Shown: positions 21,998-34,618, counted from the first letter of the stretch. The stretch: DNA of 49,322 nt from Cyanophora paradoxa CCMP329 (GCA_004431415.1 QPMI01000335.1:1-49322), one strand, 5' to 3'. Made by a program: numbers and translations. Notes: generated from the letters alone by a model not told the origin.

Positions 21998-24086
21998 ATG
22001 GTACGCATCACGGAGGAGCTGCTGCGGAAGCGCTCAGAGCACAACGACGGCTGCCTCTCGACCCTGAAGGAGATCACGCTCCACCAGTTCGACATCGAGA
22101 AGATAGAGCTCTTTGACAAGCTATGCCGTGGTCTAGAGATCATCTACTTGCAGAACAACCTTGTAGGGAAGCTTGGTGCGAATGTCTCCAAATTTGATGC
22201 CTGGCGCCGCTGACCGAAGCTGCGGCGCACGCAGAGAACCTTAACCGCCTGAAAGCGCTCAAGTACCTCAACATGGCCGTGAACAACATAACCAAGATAG
22301 AGGGCCTGCAGGGCTGCGAGTCGCTCGAGAAGCTGGACCTGACCTGCAACTTCGTCGACGTGGACGAGCTGGCCTCCCTGGAGTCGCTCAAGCACAATAT
22401 CTTCCTGCGCGAGCTGTGCGCGCGCCGCCGCCGCCGCCGCCGCTGCCTGCGCGCCGCGGCGCCGACGCTAGCGCCGCCGGCCGCAGGCACATGGTTGGGA
22501 ACCCGTGCACCAATTTCGAAGGCTACCGCGACTTCGTGGCCGCCGTCCTGCCGCAGCTAAGGGTGCTGGACGGCAAGGAGATCATGAAGTCGGACCGCAT
22601 CCAGGCCGTGCAGAAGCTTCCCGAGATCCGCGCCAAGCTCGCCGAGGCGGCCGAGCTCTGCAGGCAGGAGAAGGCGCTCAAGAAGCAGCAGCAGCCGCAG
22701 CAGCAACCGAGCGAGGCGAGCCGCGCCCGCCGCGCCGTGCGGCGCCGCCGCGCGCCGGCCGCTGACGCCGCGCAGGCGGGGCCCTCCAGCAGGTCCGAGG
22801 GCGCGGCCGAGGCCGGGGACAGGTCGGACGGCGGCGAGGGCACAAGCGCGGCGGCGGAGGCATCGGCGGAGGCGGCGGCGGAGGCTTCAGCGGAGGCAGC
22901 AGCAGCGACGGGCGAGGGTGCGCAGGAGGGGGGCGAGAAGGGGGAGGAGGGCGGCCAGAAGGACAACATGTACCAGGACCTGAGCGGCCCTTCGGCGGGC
23001 TGGTCCCCCGAGGCGCGGTGCGCGGGGCCCCTCCCTCGCCCGCCCCGCCCCCGCCATCCCGGCGCCTGACGGGCGGGGGCGGCAGGTGGGCGGACCACCT
23101 GAAGGCGAAGGCGGAGCGGGAGGAGCAGGAGCGGATCGCGAACGAGGCGCGGACCTTCAAGGAGCCCAAGAAGGAGAAGCGCGGCCCCGAGCTCTCCTTC
23201 ACCGAGGAGGGTCCGCCCCCCCCCGGCCCCGGCCCCGGCCCCCCGCCAGACGGGCGCCCCAGCTCCCTTCCCTCCGCGCCGGCCAACGGGGGCGGGCGGG
23301 GGGGCAGGGCTCCCGCGGCAGCGGAACGACGCGCGGTGGGACTTCAGCATCAACGAGGACGCCGCGCGCCTCAACGTCGTCGTCGACATCGCCTTCCCCA
23401 AGGCACGCCCGCCCCCACGCCCCCATGCCCGGGGGCCCGGGCGCCGCCGGGGGCTGAGGCGCGGGGGCAGTTCCTGGACACGTCGCTGATCGAGGTGGAC
23501 GTGCACCCGCGCTGGCTCAAGTGCGCCGCCAAGGGCAAGGTCATCTGCCTCACCTGGGACGAGGATGTGCGCCCGCCCCCGGCCCCGGCCCCGCCCCCGC
23601 CTCCGACGCCGACGCGGCCCCCCGCCCCCAGGTGGTGGTCGCCAAGGCCAAGGTGCTGCGCTCCACGACGACGGGCCACCTCACCTTCACCCTCCCCAAG
23701 GCCCGCCGCCCCTCCCGCGCCCCTTCTTTCGTCGCCCCCTCGAACGCGCCGCCCCCGCGCGCAGGTGAACGCCACGATCCGGGCGGCGGCGCCCCCGAAG
23801 GAGAAGGAGCTCGTCCCGAAGCAGGCCCGGCCCGACGCTCGCTTGAGCGCAGCCGAGGCCGCCCGCTCACCCGGGCCGGCTTGCGCAGGTTGCCAAGCCG
23901 GGGGAGGGGGCGGAGGAGGCGAAGGAGAACCGGCGGGAGCTGCGCGGCCCCGTGGACGTGCGGAACATCGTGCCCCGGGCGGACGCCGCCGGCTCCAAGG
24001 GGGCGGCCGCGGCCATCAAGCTCAGCGCGCCGCAGACGACGCTGCCGCCCGAGCTCGACAACCCCGAGGTGCCCCCCCTCGAGTAG
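21998..24086 (+). CDS. LRRC6: Dynein axonemal assembly factor 11 (LRRC6/tilB/Seahorse), 10 exons
   Basis: [37 protein letters not shown]...[58 protein letters not shown]-domain PK|[15 protein letters not shown] and terminal NPEVPPLE*. Confidence 0.95.
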
Positions 24087-24283
24087 GCGCCCCCGGCCGC
24101 GGGCGGCGGCCAGGCCGCAGGCAGGCTAGCGAGGAGCGGTAGGCAGCAAGTTTGATACACAGGTTTTAGTCCTACGGTAGCAGTACGGCACACAAAAAAA
24201 CAAACTCTCAAGAAGCGATGGAAGAAATGCGGGTGCGATGAAATGAGAAAGGCAGGGCTTGCCCCTGCAGCGGGTTCCTCCGG

Positions 24284-26801
24284 CTACGCGGACCGGGCCT
24301 GCTTGGCGAGGTACCCCTCCTTGCCGAGCTTGCGGAGCTTGCGCTCGTCGCGCTGCTGCTCCTCGAGCGTGCATTTGTTCACCTGCGCCCCGGGTTCGAG
24401 TCCGCGCGGGCCGGTTTCGAGGCTCGCAGGGGCTCGGGGTCACCTGGGCCGCCTCGTAGTCGCCCTTGGCCAGGGCCTGCGGGCGGGGTACGGAATGAAG
24501 GGAGAGGTACACGTACAGGGGCGTGCGGGGGTACGCGAACTGTGAGGTCGGAGCGGAAGCTGACCTGCGGGGGAGGGTCAGGATTAGACGAGTAATGGCA
24601 AGGCGCGGGTACACGGACGTCGGAGGGAAGGGGGTTCTTCACGGGGACCGCCTTGATGGGCTGGATGCGCGTGCCCCTTCAGCGCCCCGGTACCCCTGCA
24701 CGCGCGGCCCCCCGCACCTGGTCCTTCTGCATGTCCCAGTAGACCTTGTCGCCGAACTTCACTTTGTCCAGCCACGAGCTGGGAGGGGCTCAGCGCCGAG
24801 GCGGGGGCGTCAGGCGGGGCGGGGCGGGGCGGGGCGGACCCGTCGCCCTCCGCCAGCACCTCGTCGCCCTCGTCGGGCGCCTGCGCGCGCCCTCGCGCTT
24901 AGGAGGGCGGCGCCCGGGGCTGGGCCCGGGGTGGCGGCGCCTGCTCGGGGGCCGGGGCGGCGTCGCCCTCGTCGAGGTCGAGGCGGTAGATGCGGGCGAC
25001 GAAGTAGTCGGAGGGCGTCTTCGCGCTGCCGAGGGGAGGGGGTGAGGGGAGGCGCAGGGGCGAGGAGGGGAACGGGAGGGGCGAGGACCTCCGGAAGAAG
25101 GACATGAACCAGCTGCGGGGCGGGGATCAGTGGGGTAGGGGAAGGGCAGAGGCAGCGGGAAGGAACGAGGGCACCCGGGCTCGTCGGGGTTGAACTTGAC
25201 GACGGCGAGGAGCTTGTTGCGCTCGTCCACGAAATGCATCGTGCCCTGCCCGGGCGCCCCAGCTCAGTCCGGGGCGGAAGAACGAGACGGGACGGGGAGC
25301 GGTGCGGGGTAGAGACGGCGCGCGCACCTGGACGTTGGCGATACGCTCGCCGTAGAAGATGCCGTCGAGACGGAAGGCCGGCATGTCCCACCGGATCTGC
25401 CCCGCCCCGCCCCGCCGCCGCTCAGCCCGGGCGCCCCCAGGCCGGGCCGGCGGCGGCTCGGGGGCGGGCGGACCGTCGTGCCGTCGGGGAAGGTCGCGTG
25501 GTGCTCCCCGACGTGAGTCACGCGCACTGCGGCGGCGCGGTGAGGCAGGGCGCGCCTCCCGGCGCGGCCTTGAGAGCAGCGGACCGTAGTTGCCGCGGAC
25601 GGCGGCGCCGAGCTGCATGAAGCCGTGCAGGTGGTACGGCGCCGACCCGGGGCCCCGCACGTCGAAGTGGGAGACGGGGGGGTCTGCGGGGGCGTGAGGG
25701 CCGGGCGGCGGCGCTGGGCGCGGGGCCGGGGGCGGGGCCGCACGGTGCGAGGTCTGCTCGCAGTAGACCTCGGAGCCGTCGGGCCAGCCGGCCTGGAAGG
25801 TCTCGCCCAAGATCGGGTTGAACGGCTTCTTCGGGCTTCGCGGCGCGGCGCGGCGCGGCGCTCAGCGGGGCGGCCGTGGCGGAGGGGCGCGGGCTCGCTC
25901 ACTCCTTGATGTCCCTGTGCAGCCCGGCGATTGCGAAGGCCACTGTGTACTTCATGCGCTCCACGGGATCCTTCTCGGCCAGCGCCTTCTTCAGCAGGTC
26001 GTGGTACGTCCAGAACTCCTGCAGCGCCGCCAATCGACGGTCGGTCAGCATTCGTGGTCGGTCCGGCAGGAACGGCCCCCCGCTCACCGTCATGCGCTCG
26101 AGGAAGGAGCTTTTGTTTTGTTGGGAAAAACAAAAAGAAAGAGTTTGAAGCATCAGCGGAGGCTCCGAGGCTCGCGCGTCGCCTTGCGGGGCAAACGGCA
26201 CCGAGGCTCGAACAGCCGAACCTGCGCGCGCAGAGCGGAGCCTTCAGTCGACAAGCCGAGAATGATGCACATTGAATTGCATTCGAGCGTACCGGAAGGC
26301 TGGTGTTGGCCACGTCTCCGCCAGAGAGGAATTGATAACCCTGCATTCATTCATGCGAGGCGGCCGAGCGTCCCGGCGCTCGGAGGCGCTTAGCGCCATT
26401 TAAAGCGACGCACCAGGTTGCGCACGAACTCGAAGCAAACCTTTCCTGTGCCGGCGAATCGTCAGCGGCGCGCGCCGTGCTTCGTTCAGATTGCGTGGCG
26501 CACGCTGCTCTGCAAGCTCGACGTCACTCATATATCTCATACCGCCTGCTTGGCCGCGCTCCTTACTGCTCTCGGCGCCCTCCATCTCTGCTAGCAGCTT
26601 CTTTTCCTCGGCAGTCACATCGGCGCCTGAACGAATTTCAGCTGCATGCATACCAGCGCCTGAACACGTCAGCTACGCACTGCCAGTCGTCGAATTCGCT
26701 TTCACCGCAGCGTCATTGATCTTCTTCTTCTGTTCATAGGAGCGCTCGAACGCCGGCGATGCCCTGGATGCGTCACTATCTGCTGGCGGAGCGAGGCTCA
26801 T
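24284..26801 (-). CDS. Oxysterol-binding-protein-related protein (short, ORD-only ORP), multi-exon
   Basis: SLP|VRLFEPR|SFLERM, KPFNPILGETF, signature EQTSH|HPPVSHF split by an intron, PLPSDVRFRSDL, LEEQQRDERKLRK. Stop at 24284-24286. The exact start (26801) is tentative. Confidence 0.9.
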
Positions 26802-27019
26802 CGTTTCCTAGCTGTACCGGACCAGCTGGATGCCAGCCGCTGAAGCTTTTTGGCAGCAGCGACCTTCGTGCGTGTACTCCCCCTTGGCTGGCAAAACTGC
26901 GGCAAACAGTGGTGAACATCGCTGTCGGCCGCCAGTTGTGAGCCTAGCGCGTCTGTGATGCTGCGAGCGTCTATTGATACCGCGCGCGGCGGCCCGACGT
27001 CGACCGAGCTCTGCGGCGG

Positions 27020-27043
27020 TTCAGTCGAACATTCAGTCGAACA
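27020..27043. repeat. 12-nt tandem repeat in the ORP/FKBP divergent spacer
   Basis: TTCAGTCGAACA twice, followed by a partial third unit. Confidence 0.7.
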
Positions 27044-27108
27044 TGAGTCGATAGATCGACGGTCCCGAGATTGAAATCAGCGAATTCTACTATAAGAGCG
27101 CATTCGGG

Positions 27109-28666
27109 ATGGCGATCGGTGACGACGGCGCAGCAGGCGCCGTGCAGCGGATTGCGGACCTGGACGACGACGGCGCCCTCTCGTGCGCGCTTCTCCAAAC
27201 CTCATTCTTTCTTGGACGAGTTTGATCCTCGCCCAGGGATGCCGAGGGCGGCAGCGTGGAGCCCGAGCTCGAGGACCTGGACCGGGAGCTCGTGGAGGCG
27301 GAGTGGCAGGAGGGAGACGCCGCCTGCTCGCTCGCAGTGCGTGGAGTTCGAAAGCTTGTTACCGCCGTGGGCGAGGGTCTTCCGATCGGCGAGGACTGGC
27401 GCAACATCCGCGGCTCGCGCTTTTCCTCCTCGCCTGGCCATGGCCATGGTCTCATGAACCGCGCGCTCAATCCTCTGCTGCGCAGGCCACGTCGCCATCA
27501 GCCTCGCGCGTCCCCGCGCGCCGCTCATCTCTACGACCCGCGGGCCCCGTCGCTCCAACCAGCCGACGTCCATCCACCTCGGTGCTGTCGACGTCGACGT
27601 CGGCGTCGCGCGGGCGCCTCGCTCTCCCCCGACCGCCAAGCTGACGCGTGGGCAGACGAGCTGCTCCCCGGCGTGCAGCTTGCGCTCCTGTCGATGCGCG
27701 TTGGGGAGCGCGCCGTGTTCTGGATCGCCCCACCCCTCGCATACGACGCCCTCGGGGAGCCCTCGGTCGGCATACCCCCCAACGCGGCGCTGAAGGTGCC
27801 GCTCTCTCTCGCCCCTACCCGCCCCGTTCCCGTCACCGAAACCACCCAGGTCTGGATCCACCTCGTCGGCGCCGAGCCCCCCGCCGAGGTCCCCTCCCGC
27901 TGTGCCCCCCGCTGCATTCGCCGGCCGACGGGAGGCAGGCGCCGCTGCCGCCGGGCGGGAGCCTCGAGGAGCGGCTCGCAAAGGCGGAGGAGTGCCGCGC
28001 GGAGGGCAAGGGCCACTTCGAGCGCGGGGCGTTCCGGCAGGCCGCCAAGTGCTTCAACAGGGTGCCCCCGTTCCCTCCGCCCGCCGGCGCCCAGCGCACC
28101 GACCGACACCTGCGCAGGGCCTGGCTCAGCTGGTGGGCGCCAACCTGCCCGACACACCCGAACGCCGGGAGCTCGCCGCGGTACCCGCGCCCCGGTCCCG
28201 GGCTACCTTTCCCCACAAACCGTCGAGCAGGCGCTCCGGACCAACGCGGCGGCGGCGGAGCTGAGGCTCGGGGCGCACGCGAAGGCCGCCGGCCTCTGCG
28301 AGCAGGCGCGCCTGCGGCTCGGGCCGGCCTCGCGGGGCGTGCGGCCGCTCACGGGCGCCGGGCCGGGGCGCAGGTGCTGCGGGACTTCCCGGGGCGGGCG
28401 AAGGCGCGCTACCTGCGGGCGGCGGCGTGGGCGGCGGGGCCGGCCCCGGGCCCGCCGCCGCCGCCGCTGAGCTCGCCGCCCTCGCCCGCGAGCTCCCCGC
28501 CGACCCCCTGGCACGCCCCGCCCGCCCCGCCCGCCTTCGGGCTCGGGCGCCGCCTGCTGAGCGGCCGGGGGCGCAGGTGCGGGAGCGGCTGGCGGAGGCG
28601 CGGGCGCGGGCGGCCGAGGAGGAGCGGCGCGCCCGCGCCGCCATGGCCGGCTTCCTCCTCCGCTGA
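27109..28666 (+). CDS. FKBP-type PPIase domain plus TPR (large immunophilin), multi-exon
   Basis: LLPGVQLALLSMRVGERAVFWIAPPLAYDALGEPSVGIPPNAALK|VWIHLV (FKBP C-terminal half). TPRs: ERLAKAEECRAEGKGHFERGAFRQAAKCFNR, LRTNAAAAELRLG, KARYLRA. Ends AMAGFLLR*. Confidence 0.85.
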
Positions 28667-28943
28667 CGTCGACCTCGCAAGTGCAAGGCGGCCCGCGCTT
28701 TCCTCGTAGTTCGTAGTGGATTACAGCATAGCGATCTCGAAAAACAGTAGGAGATACACGTGGGGCGAATAACTTAAGCTACAGGTTCGCTACGGTCGAA
28801 TAACTTACACTATAAGATGGCTGGGGGCGAGTAATCACCCTTTCGGAAAGAAGACAGCAGCCCGGAGGGAAAATGGGCGGGGTTTATGTAAACGGACTCG
28901 GCTCGCCAGGTCGTGCCGACTCGGCTCAATACTATGATGGCAC

Positions 28944-30263
28944 TCATTTATGCCGTCGCGTCCGCTCTTTACTTGCAGGGGTCAGGCCCTCGTGAGCTCC
29001 TTCCACGCCTGGGTCGCAAAAGAGGTCAGAAACGAAGGAAGCGGAGAGGGCGGACGCCAGGGAAAGCACCAGCAGCGTGGCCCAGGCGGGGGTCGCTAAG
29101 GAGAGAAGCCTCTGCGCGGAGGCCGTCAGGGGAAGGCGGGCGGCGCAGCGGGGAGGGCGGCTCGCCTGCGGCTCCGAAGCCGCCCGCCCGAGCTGAGGCT
29201 CGGCCACCGGGAAGCCTGAGGCGGGGCTCGGGCGTCCCTACACAGGCGAAGCGGGCCCCGGAGAGGGGCGCGGGGGCGGCGCACCGAGCTGCTGCCGACA
29301 GATATCGGAGAGGGGCGGTGGCCCGCCCCTCGCGCGCTTCGGGAACCGTTGCGCGAACAGCGGCGCCAGCTGCGCCCGCCGGCTCTCAGACGGGACGACG
29401 GGCGGGCGGGCGGCCCGGCGGGGGCACAGAGGCACGCACGTCCACCGCGCCGCGGACGGTCGCGCCGGAGAGCTGCTGGAGGAGGCGCAGCGCCTGCGGG
29501 GGCGAGCCTACGTGAGGGGCGCGCGGGCGGAAGGAGGGGGGTACGGACATCCTGGGCCCCGGAGCCGCAGACGATCTTCGAGACCTTGGGATCCTCGAGG
29601 ATAGACCTGGGGCGGGGCAGCCGATCGGTCCGGCGCGTGGAGCCGATGAAAGAATTAGAAACATACGCGAGCGGCTGAGGAAGAACGAGGCGGCCGTCCC
29701 GCGCCCCGAAGGACCAGACGACGCAGTATGAGGCCGTGGACGTGACGACCGTCGCGGAGCCGGCGGGGGCCTGCGGGGCGTATCGGGATGCAGAACCGAC
29801 GCTCGAATGATCTCGAGGGTGCGCACGAGCTCGCTCTGCGCCCAGAAGAGGGTCAGGCCGACTGCCGGCGTGCGGTCCCTTTGCATGGACTCGTACAACC
29901 AGCCTTTGCACTCGAACGCCTGGGCGCGCGGGGGGCGTGAGGCACGGGAAATCAAGAAGAGAGAATCGCGCGCACCCGCCGGCTGACGCATTCGATCAGC
30001 TCGACGTGCCCCGGAAAAGTCGCCGGGGCCGCATCGAGCTCGACCTCGTCACGGTCAGGCTGAGCTCGAGGGCAACCCGCTTTCAAGCAGAAGTGCGCAG
30101 ACGACTCTGAAATCCGCTGAAATTTGGGAGAGGACGTGCACGGCCCCCAACCGGCGAGGCTCGACCCGCACGCTGACGCGACGGGGAAGGCTGACTGCGA
30201 AAGTAGGCCGGCTCCGCTCGGCACAATGACCTGTCCGACCCCATAAATGTCGCTCGGGGCCAT
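28944..30263 (-). CDS. Degenerate WRN/EXD-type (DEDDy) 3'-5' exonuclease-fold protein, multi-exon
   Basis: TFPGHVELIE, AVGLTLFW (cf. VGLDxEW), STASYCVVW, LPQPLA|SILEDPKVSKIVCGSGAQD|ALRLLQQLSGATVRGAVDV and LSDICRQQLG follow the WRN-exonuclease motif order. Assignment is by recalled pattern only. Confidence 0.6.
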
Positions 30264-30553
30264 GTCGTCACGACGTCGGCTTCCCCGCGCGCTGCGCGCT
30301 GTGCGCCGAGGCTTCGGAGGCTGCCGCCACGGTTTATGGATGCCGATCCTATGTGCGAAAAGATGATCCAATGCTTGAAAGAGCTGCGAGGGCCCGTCTA
30401 AGCGTAACTGCTGCCTTCCGACTGTGTACCCGTCTGCACAGGGGGGGAGAAGCAAGCGCACGCTTGTATCTCGAGCCAGTGCACAGGCCGCCGCGCAGGC
30501 CCCGTTCGTAGACGCCCGGCTTCGCCGTAAAGCAAATACCCGCAGAAGCAAGT

Positions 30554-32670
30554 ATGGCGTTCCTCGGCTCCGCCGTCGCCGGGCCCAGCTGCAGCCGCGC
30601 GACCCCGCTCCGCGCGCGCTCCTCCGCCGAGCACGTCTGCCCCCTGCGTTCGTCCGCTCGCCAGGTGATGCCGTCGCGAGCCGCCCCTGCGCCCCTGCCC
30701 ACACAATCATAGGCAAGATTCACTCACACCCCAATCTCCTGCAGGAGGCCCAGTCCGGCGAGGCCCGCTCGTTTTTCGGCGAGGCCGCGGAATCTTCTTC
30801 CAACAGCCGCTTCTTCGGCGCTCGCCCCGCTCGCCGGATCGCAGCGGCGGCCCAGCCGACCTCTCGTCTGGAAATCAGCGCCAGCTCGGTTGCTGCCGAG
30901 AGCTCGGAGCAGACCTCGCAGCCTGCGACTACCAGCTCTAAGACAGAGCGTGTCGGCGTTCTGCTGCTGAACCTCGGTGGCCCCGAGCGCCTGGAGGACG
31001 TCCGGCCCTTCCTGTACAACCTGTTTGCGGACCCCGACATCATTCGGCTGCCGCTGCCGTTCCTTCAGAAGCCCCTCGGCTATCTCATCTCCACCGTCCG
31101 CTCGAAGAAGTCGCAGGAGGCGTACAAGTCCATCGGCGGCGGGTCGCCCATCCGCCGCATCACCGAGGCCCAGGCCGCGGAGCTCGTCGACACCCTGCGC
31201 GAGCGGGTGCCGCGAATCTCTCTCTTCTCTTTCTCTTTCCGGCGTCCGACGGCGGCGGCGCAGGGCCTGAAGAACGCCAAGGTGTACGTCGGCATGCGCT
31301 ACTGGCACCCGTACACCGATGAGGCGATCGAGGAGATCAAGCGCGACGGGATCACCAAGCTCGTCGTTCTTCCTCTCTACCCGCAGGTGCCCGCGGCGCG
31401 GCCCTTCTCCGCAATCCCTCGCCAGGCCGCCGATCGCCGGCCCGCCGCAGTTCTCCATTTCCACCTCGGGCTCGTCGTTCCGCCAGCTCGAGAAGCTGTG
31501 GCAGGTGCCGCTCGCCACTTTCCTCCCCTCGCGGGGCCTTCCTGACGCCGGCGCGCGCCACAGGAGGACCCCGCGCTCGCGGACATTGAGATGACGGTCA
31601 TCCCGTCGTACCCGACGCGCGCCGGCTACGTGAAGGCCCAGGCGGACCTCATCCGCAAGGAGCTCGAGCAGTTCCCCGACCCCGAGGCCGTGCGCCGCCC
31701 CGCCCGCCCCACCCCGCGCCGCGCGCTCCGATCGCCTCGGCTCACGCGGCGGCGGCGCAGGCGCACATCTTCTTCAGCGCGCACGGCGTGCCGCAGAGCT
31801 ACGTGGAGCAGGCGGGCGACCCGTACCAGCGCGAGGTGGAGGAGTGCGTCGAGGCCATCATGCGGGAGCTGAACGTGCGCCGTGCCCTCTCTCGACCCCC
31901 TCGCGCCCCCGCTCAGCCGTCCATGCAGGTTGAGAACAAGTTCACGCTGGCGTACCAGAGCCGCGTGGGGCCCGTCGAGTGGCTCAAGCCGTACACGGAG
32001 GACACCATCGAGGCGCTCGGCGCCAAGTGCGCTCCCCGGCCCCAGCGCCCCACCGTCATCCCATCCTTCCTTAGCGCGGCGCGCGCGTAGGGGCATCAAG
32101 GACCTGTGCGTCATCCCCATCTCGTTCGTCTCGGAGCACATCGAGACCCTCGAGGAGGTGCGCTCTCCTCGTTCCTGCACGAGCTTTCGTGTTCGAACGC
32201 GGGGAGGCAGATCGACCAGGAGTACCGCGAGCTGGCGGAGGAGAACGGCGTGGAGCGGTGGCGCCGCGTTCCGGCCCTGGACACGTACCCCGCGTTCATC
32301 GAGGACCTCGCCAGCATGGTCGAGGAGGCCCTCCGCCAGGTGCCCTCCGCGCCCTTTTCGGAGAACTGTCCCCGGCCGGTCTCGAACCCGTGTCCCCGCG
32401 CGCGCGCAGCCGAACGTGAGCATCCACGACGCGATGGACAGCGTGCGCCTGACGGTGACGAGGAAGCTCCCGATGGGCGTCCAGCCCCAGAGCCTCGCCG
32501 ACTGGGGCTTCACCGACTCGGCCGAGGTGCCCCCACCCGCCGCCCCGCCCCCTATTTTGAGCTAGGGCGCGTCTGACATCGTCCGGCAGGTCATCAACGG
32601 GCGCCTGGCGATGATTGCCTTCGTCGTGCTCATCAGCCAGTTCCTCTCCGGCCACCTCCAGTGGAAGTGA
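30554..32670 (+). CDS. hemH: Plastid ferrochelatase with C-terminal CAB (LHC-like) domain, multi-exon
   Basis: MAFLGSAV transit peptide, [51 protein letters not shown]|[44 protein letters not shown]|ID. C-terminus WGFTDSAE|[11 protein letters not shown] carries the ExxNxR motif. Confidence 0.97.
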
Positions 32671-32826
32671 GCGCCGCGCCCCCGCGCGCGCGCCCGGCCC
32701 CCCGGGCGCCCCTTTCAAGTGTCCCCGCCTTTCGTGTCGTATTGCGGAGCCGCCCGCCGCGGCCCGCGTAGTCTAGGCTATGGTATGCAAATGCTACGCG
32801 TATAATGCATGTGATTCGCCTTCGGG

Positions 32827-34618
32827 CTACCTGCGGGAGGCGGGGCGGGCGGAGGCGGGGCGGGCGAGGTCCTCGGTGGCGAAGCGGACGGCGGGGTGGC
32901 GGCGGGTGAGCTCCGCGGCCTGCTCGGGGGTGACGGCGGACTTGGCGAGGCAGACGTGGCGGAGGCGGGGCAGGCCGGCGGCGAGGCCGGCGAGGCCGGC
33001 GGGGGAGACGAGGGGCAGGCCCCGCAGGTCCAGCTCCTCCAGCGCCGCCCCGCACCCCGCCAGCTGCCCCAGCCCCGCGTCCGTGACCCGCTTGCAGCCC
33101 CCTGCGCCCCCGTTCGACGCGGGGGGGGGGGCGCGGGGCGTGGGGGGCGGCGCTGACCGAGGTCGAGGGATGTCAGGGGCCCGTACCCCTCGCCGCGCTT
33201 CGCCTGGCCCCTGACGAGCGCCGCGACGCTCCTGCGGCACACGTGAGGAGGGCGCACGGGGCATGCGCAGGGCGGGGGGGCGGGGCGGGGGCACTTGAGG
33301 CAAGCGTCTGTCACGCGCCAGCAGGCGCGCAGGCAGAGGCGGCGCAGGCGGAACGCCCGCTTCGTCAGGTCCGCCACGTCTGCCGCCGACACCGTTCAGC
33401 GGCCGCGCCGGGGCTCGCGCACGCGCGTAGCTATAGCACCCATGTCCATGATCCCTGTACGGGGGCGTCGCGCTTGGAAGAGGGGGTAGAGCGGCAGGGC
33501 GCGGGGTACCGTCGAGGCCACCGACGTCAAGAGACTCGATTCGTCCCCCCATGTGCTCGCCGATGATCTGGGTACTAGATGCTCGCGGAGGGGGGTACGG
33601 CGTCGGGGAGAGGGGTACGGACCTGCATAGAGACGTTGGATACCTTCTTGCAGCCTCCGAGCGAGAGCGAGCGCAGCGTGCCCCCCAGTCTCCTCGCCAC
33701 GGACTGGGGGTACGTCGCATGGTCTCGCGGGGCGGCGGGGAGGGGTACAGGGGCGCCTGGACGCCGACGTCGGAGACGCCGGGGCAGAGGTCGACGTCGA
33801 GGCGCTCGAGGCCCCTGCAGCGCGCCGCGATCGCCCCCAGCGTCTCGTCGTTCGCCCTGCGCCGGCGTTCGCGCGCGTCGGGGGCCTCCCCTCGGGGCTG
33901 TAGGGGCGGGGCGGGGCGGGCTTGGTGGCGGTGAGGATGAGGGCGCGGAGGGACTCGGCGGACGCGGCGACGACCTCCTCAAGCCCCTTGGGCGAGATCC
34001 GCTCGCACAGGCCTGCCCGCGCGCCGGCTTCAGCCTTCAAGGGCGGCGGGGTCCGCGAGCGAGGCCCAGGGGAGGGGGGTGACCGAGGTCGAGGTGGCGG
34101 AGGTGCGGGAGGCGCTCGGCGATGGTGCGGCAGGCGGCGTCGCTGATGGCCGCCCCCCGCAGCGAGAGGACGTCCACGCCGCCCAGCAGCGCCTCCTGCG
34201 ACGATGCCGACGCCGAGGCCGCCACGCCGGCCCCGGCGCCCAGCGAGAACGAGAGGTACAGCCTGGGCGCTCCGAGGTCGATGCGCGACGCTGCCGCGCG
34301 AGGGGAGAGCACGCGCGCGGCGTACGTACGTGATCGTGTCATCTGTGATCGTCTGCGAGCGGCAGCTGAAGATGCGCGCCTGCAGCTCGTCGGGGATGCC
34401 CTCCTGCCGAACGCAGCGCGAGTTGCGTCGGCCGTATGCCGGCGGAATCAAGCGGGAGAGCTTACTAGTGTCTCCACATACTGCAGCCGCTTGGCAACGT
34501 ACTGAATGCAGAGCTCCAGCTGCGAGACCAAGCCGTCTCAGCAAGCGCCGCGTACGCGTTCGCATCGCCCGCGCGTGGTACGCACAAGCGACGGAACGCC
34601 CGTCTTGCTGGCAGCCAT
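32827..34618 (-). CDS. AMN1/Rad7-like cysteine-containing LRR protein with N-terminal BC-box-like motif, multi-exon
   Basis: MAASKTGVPSL|LELCIQYVAKRLQYVETL|EGIPDELQARIF, then LRR-CC units LERLDVDLCPGVSDVGVQ, LRSLSLGGCKKVSNVSM, LRRLCLRACWRVTDACL and LTSLDLG|GCKRVTDAGL. Confidence 0.8.
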
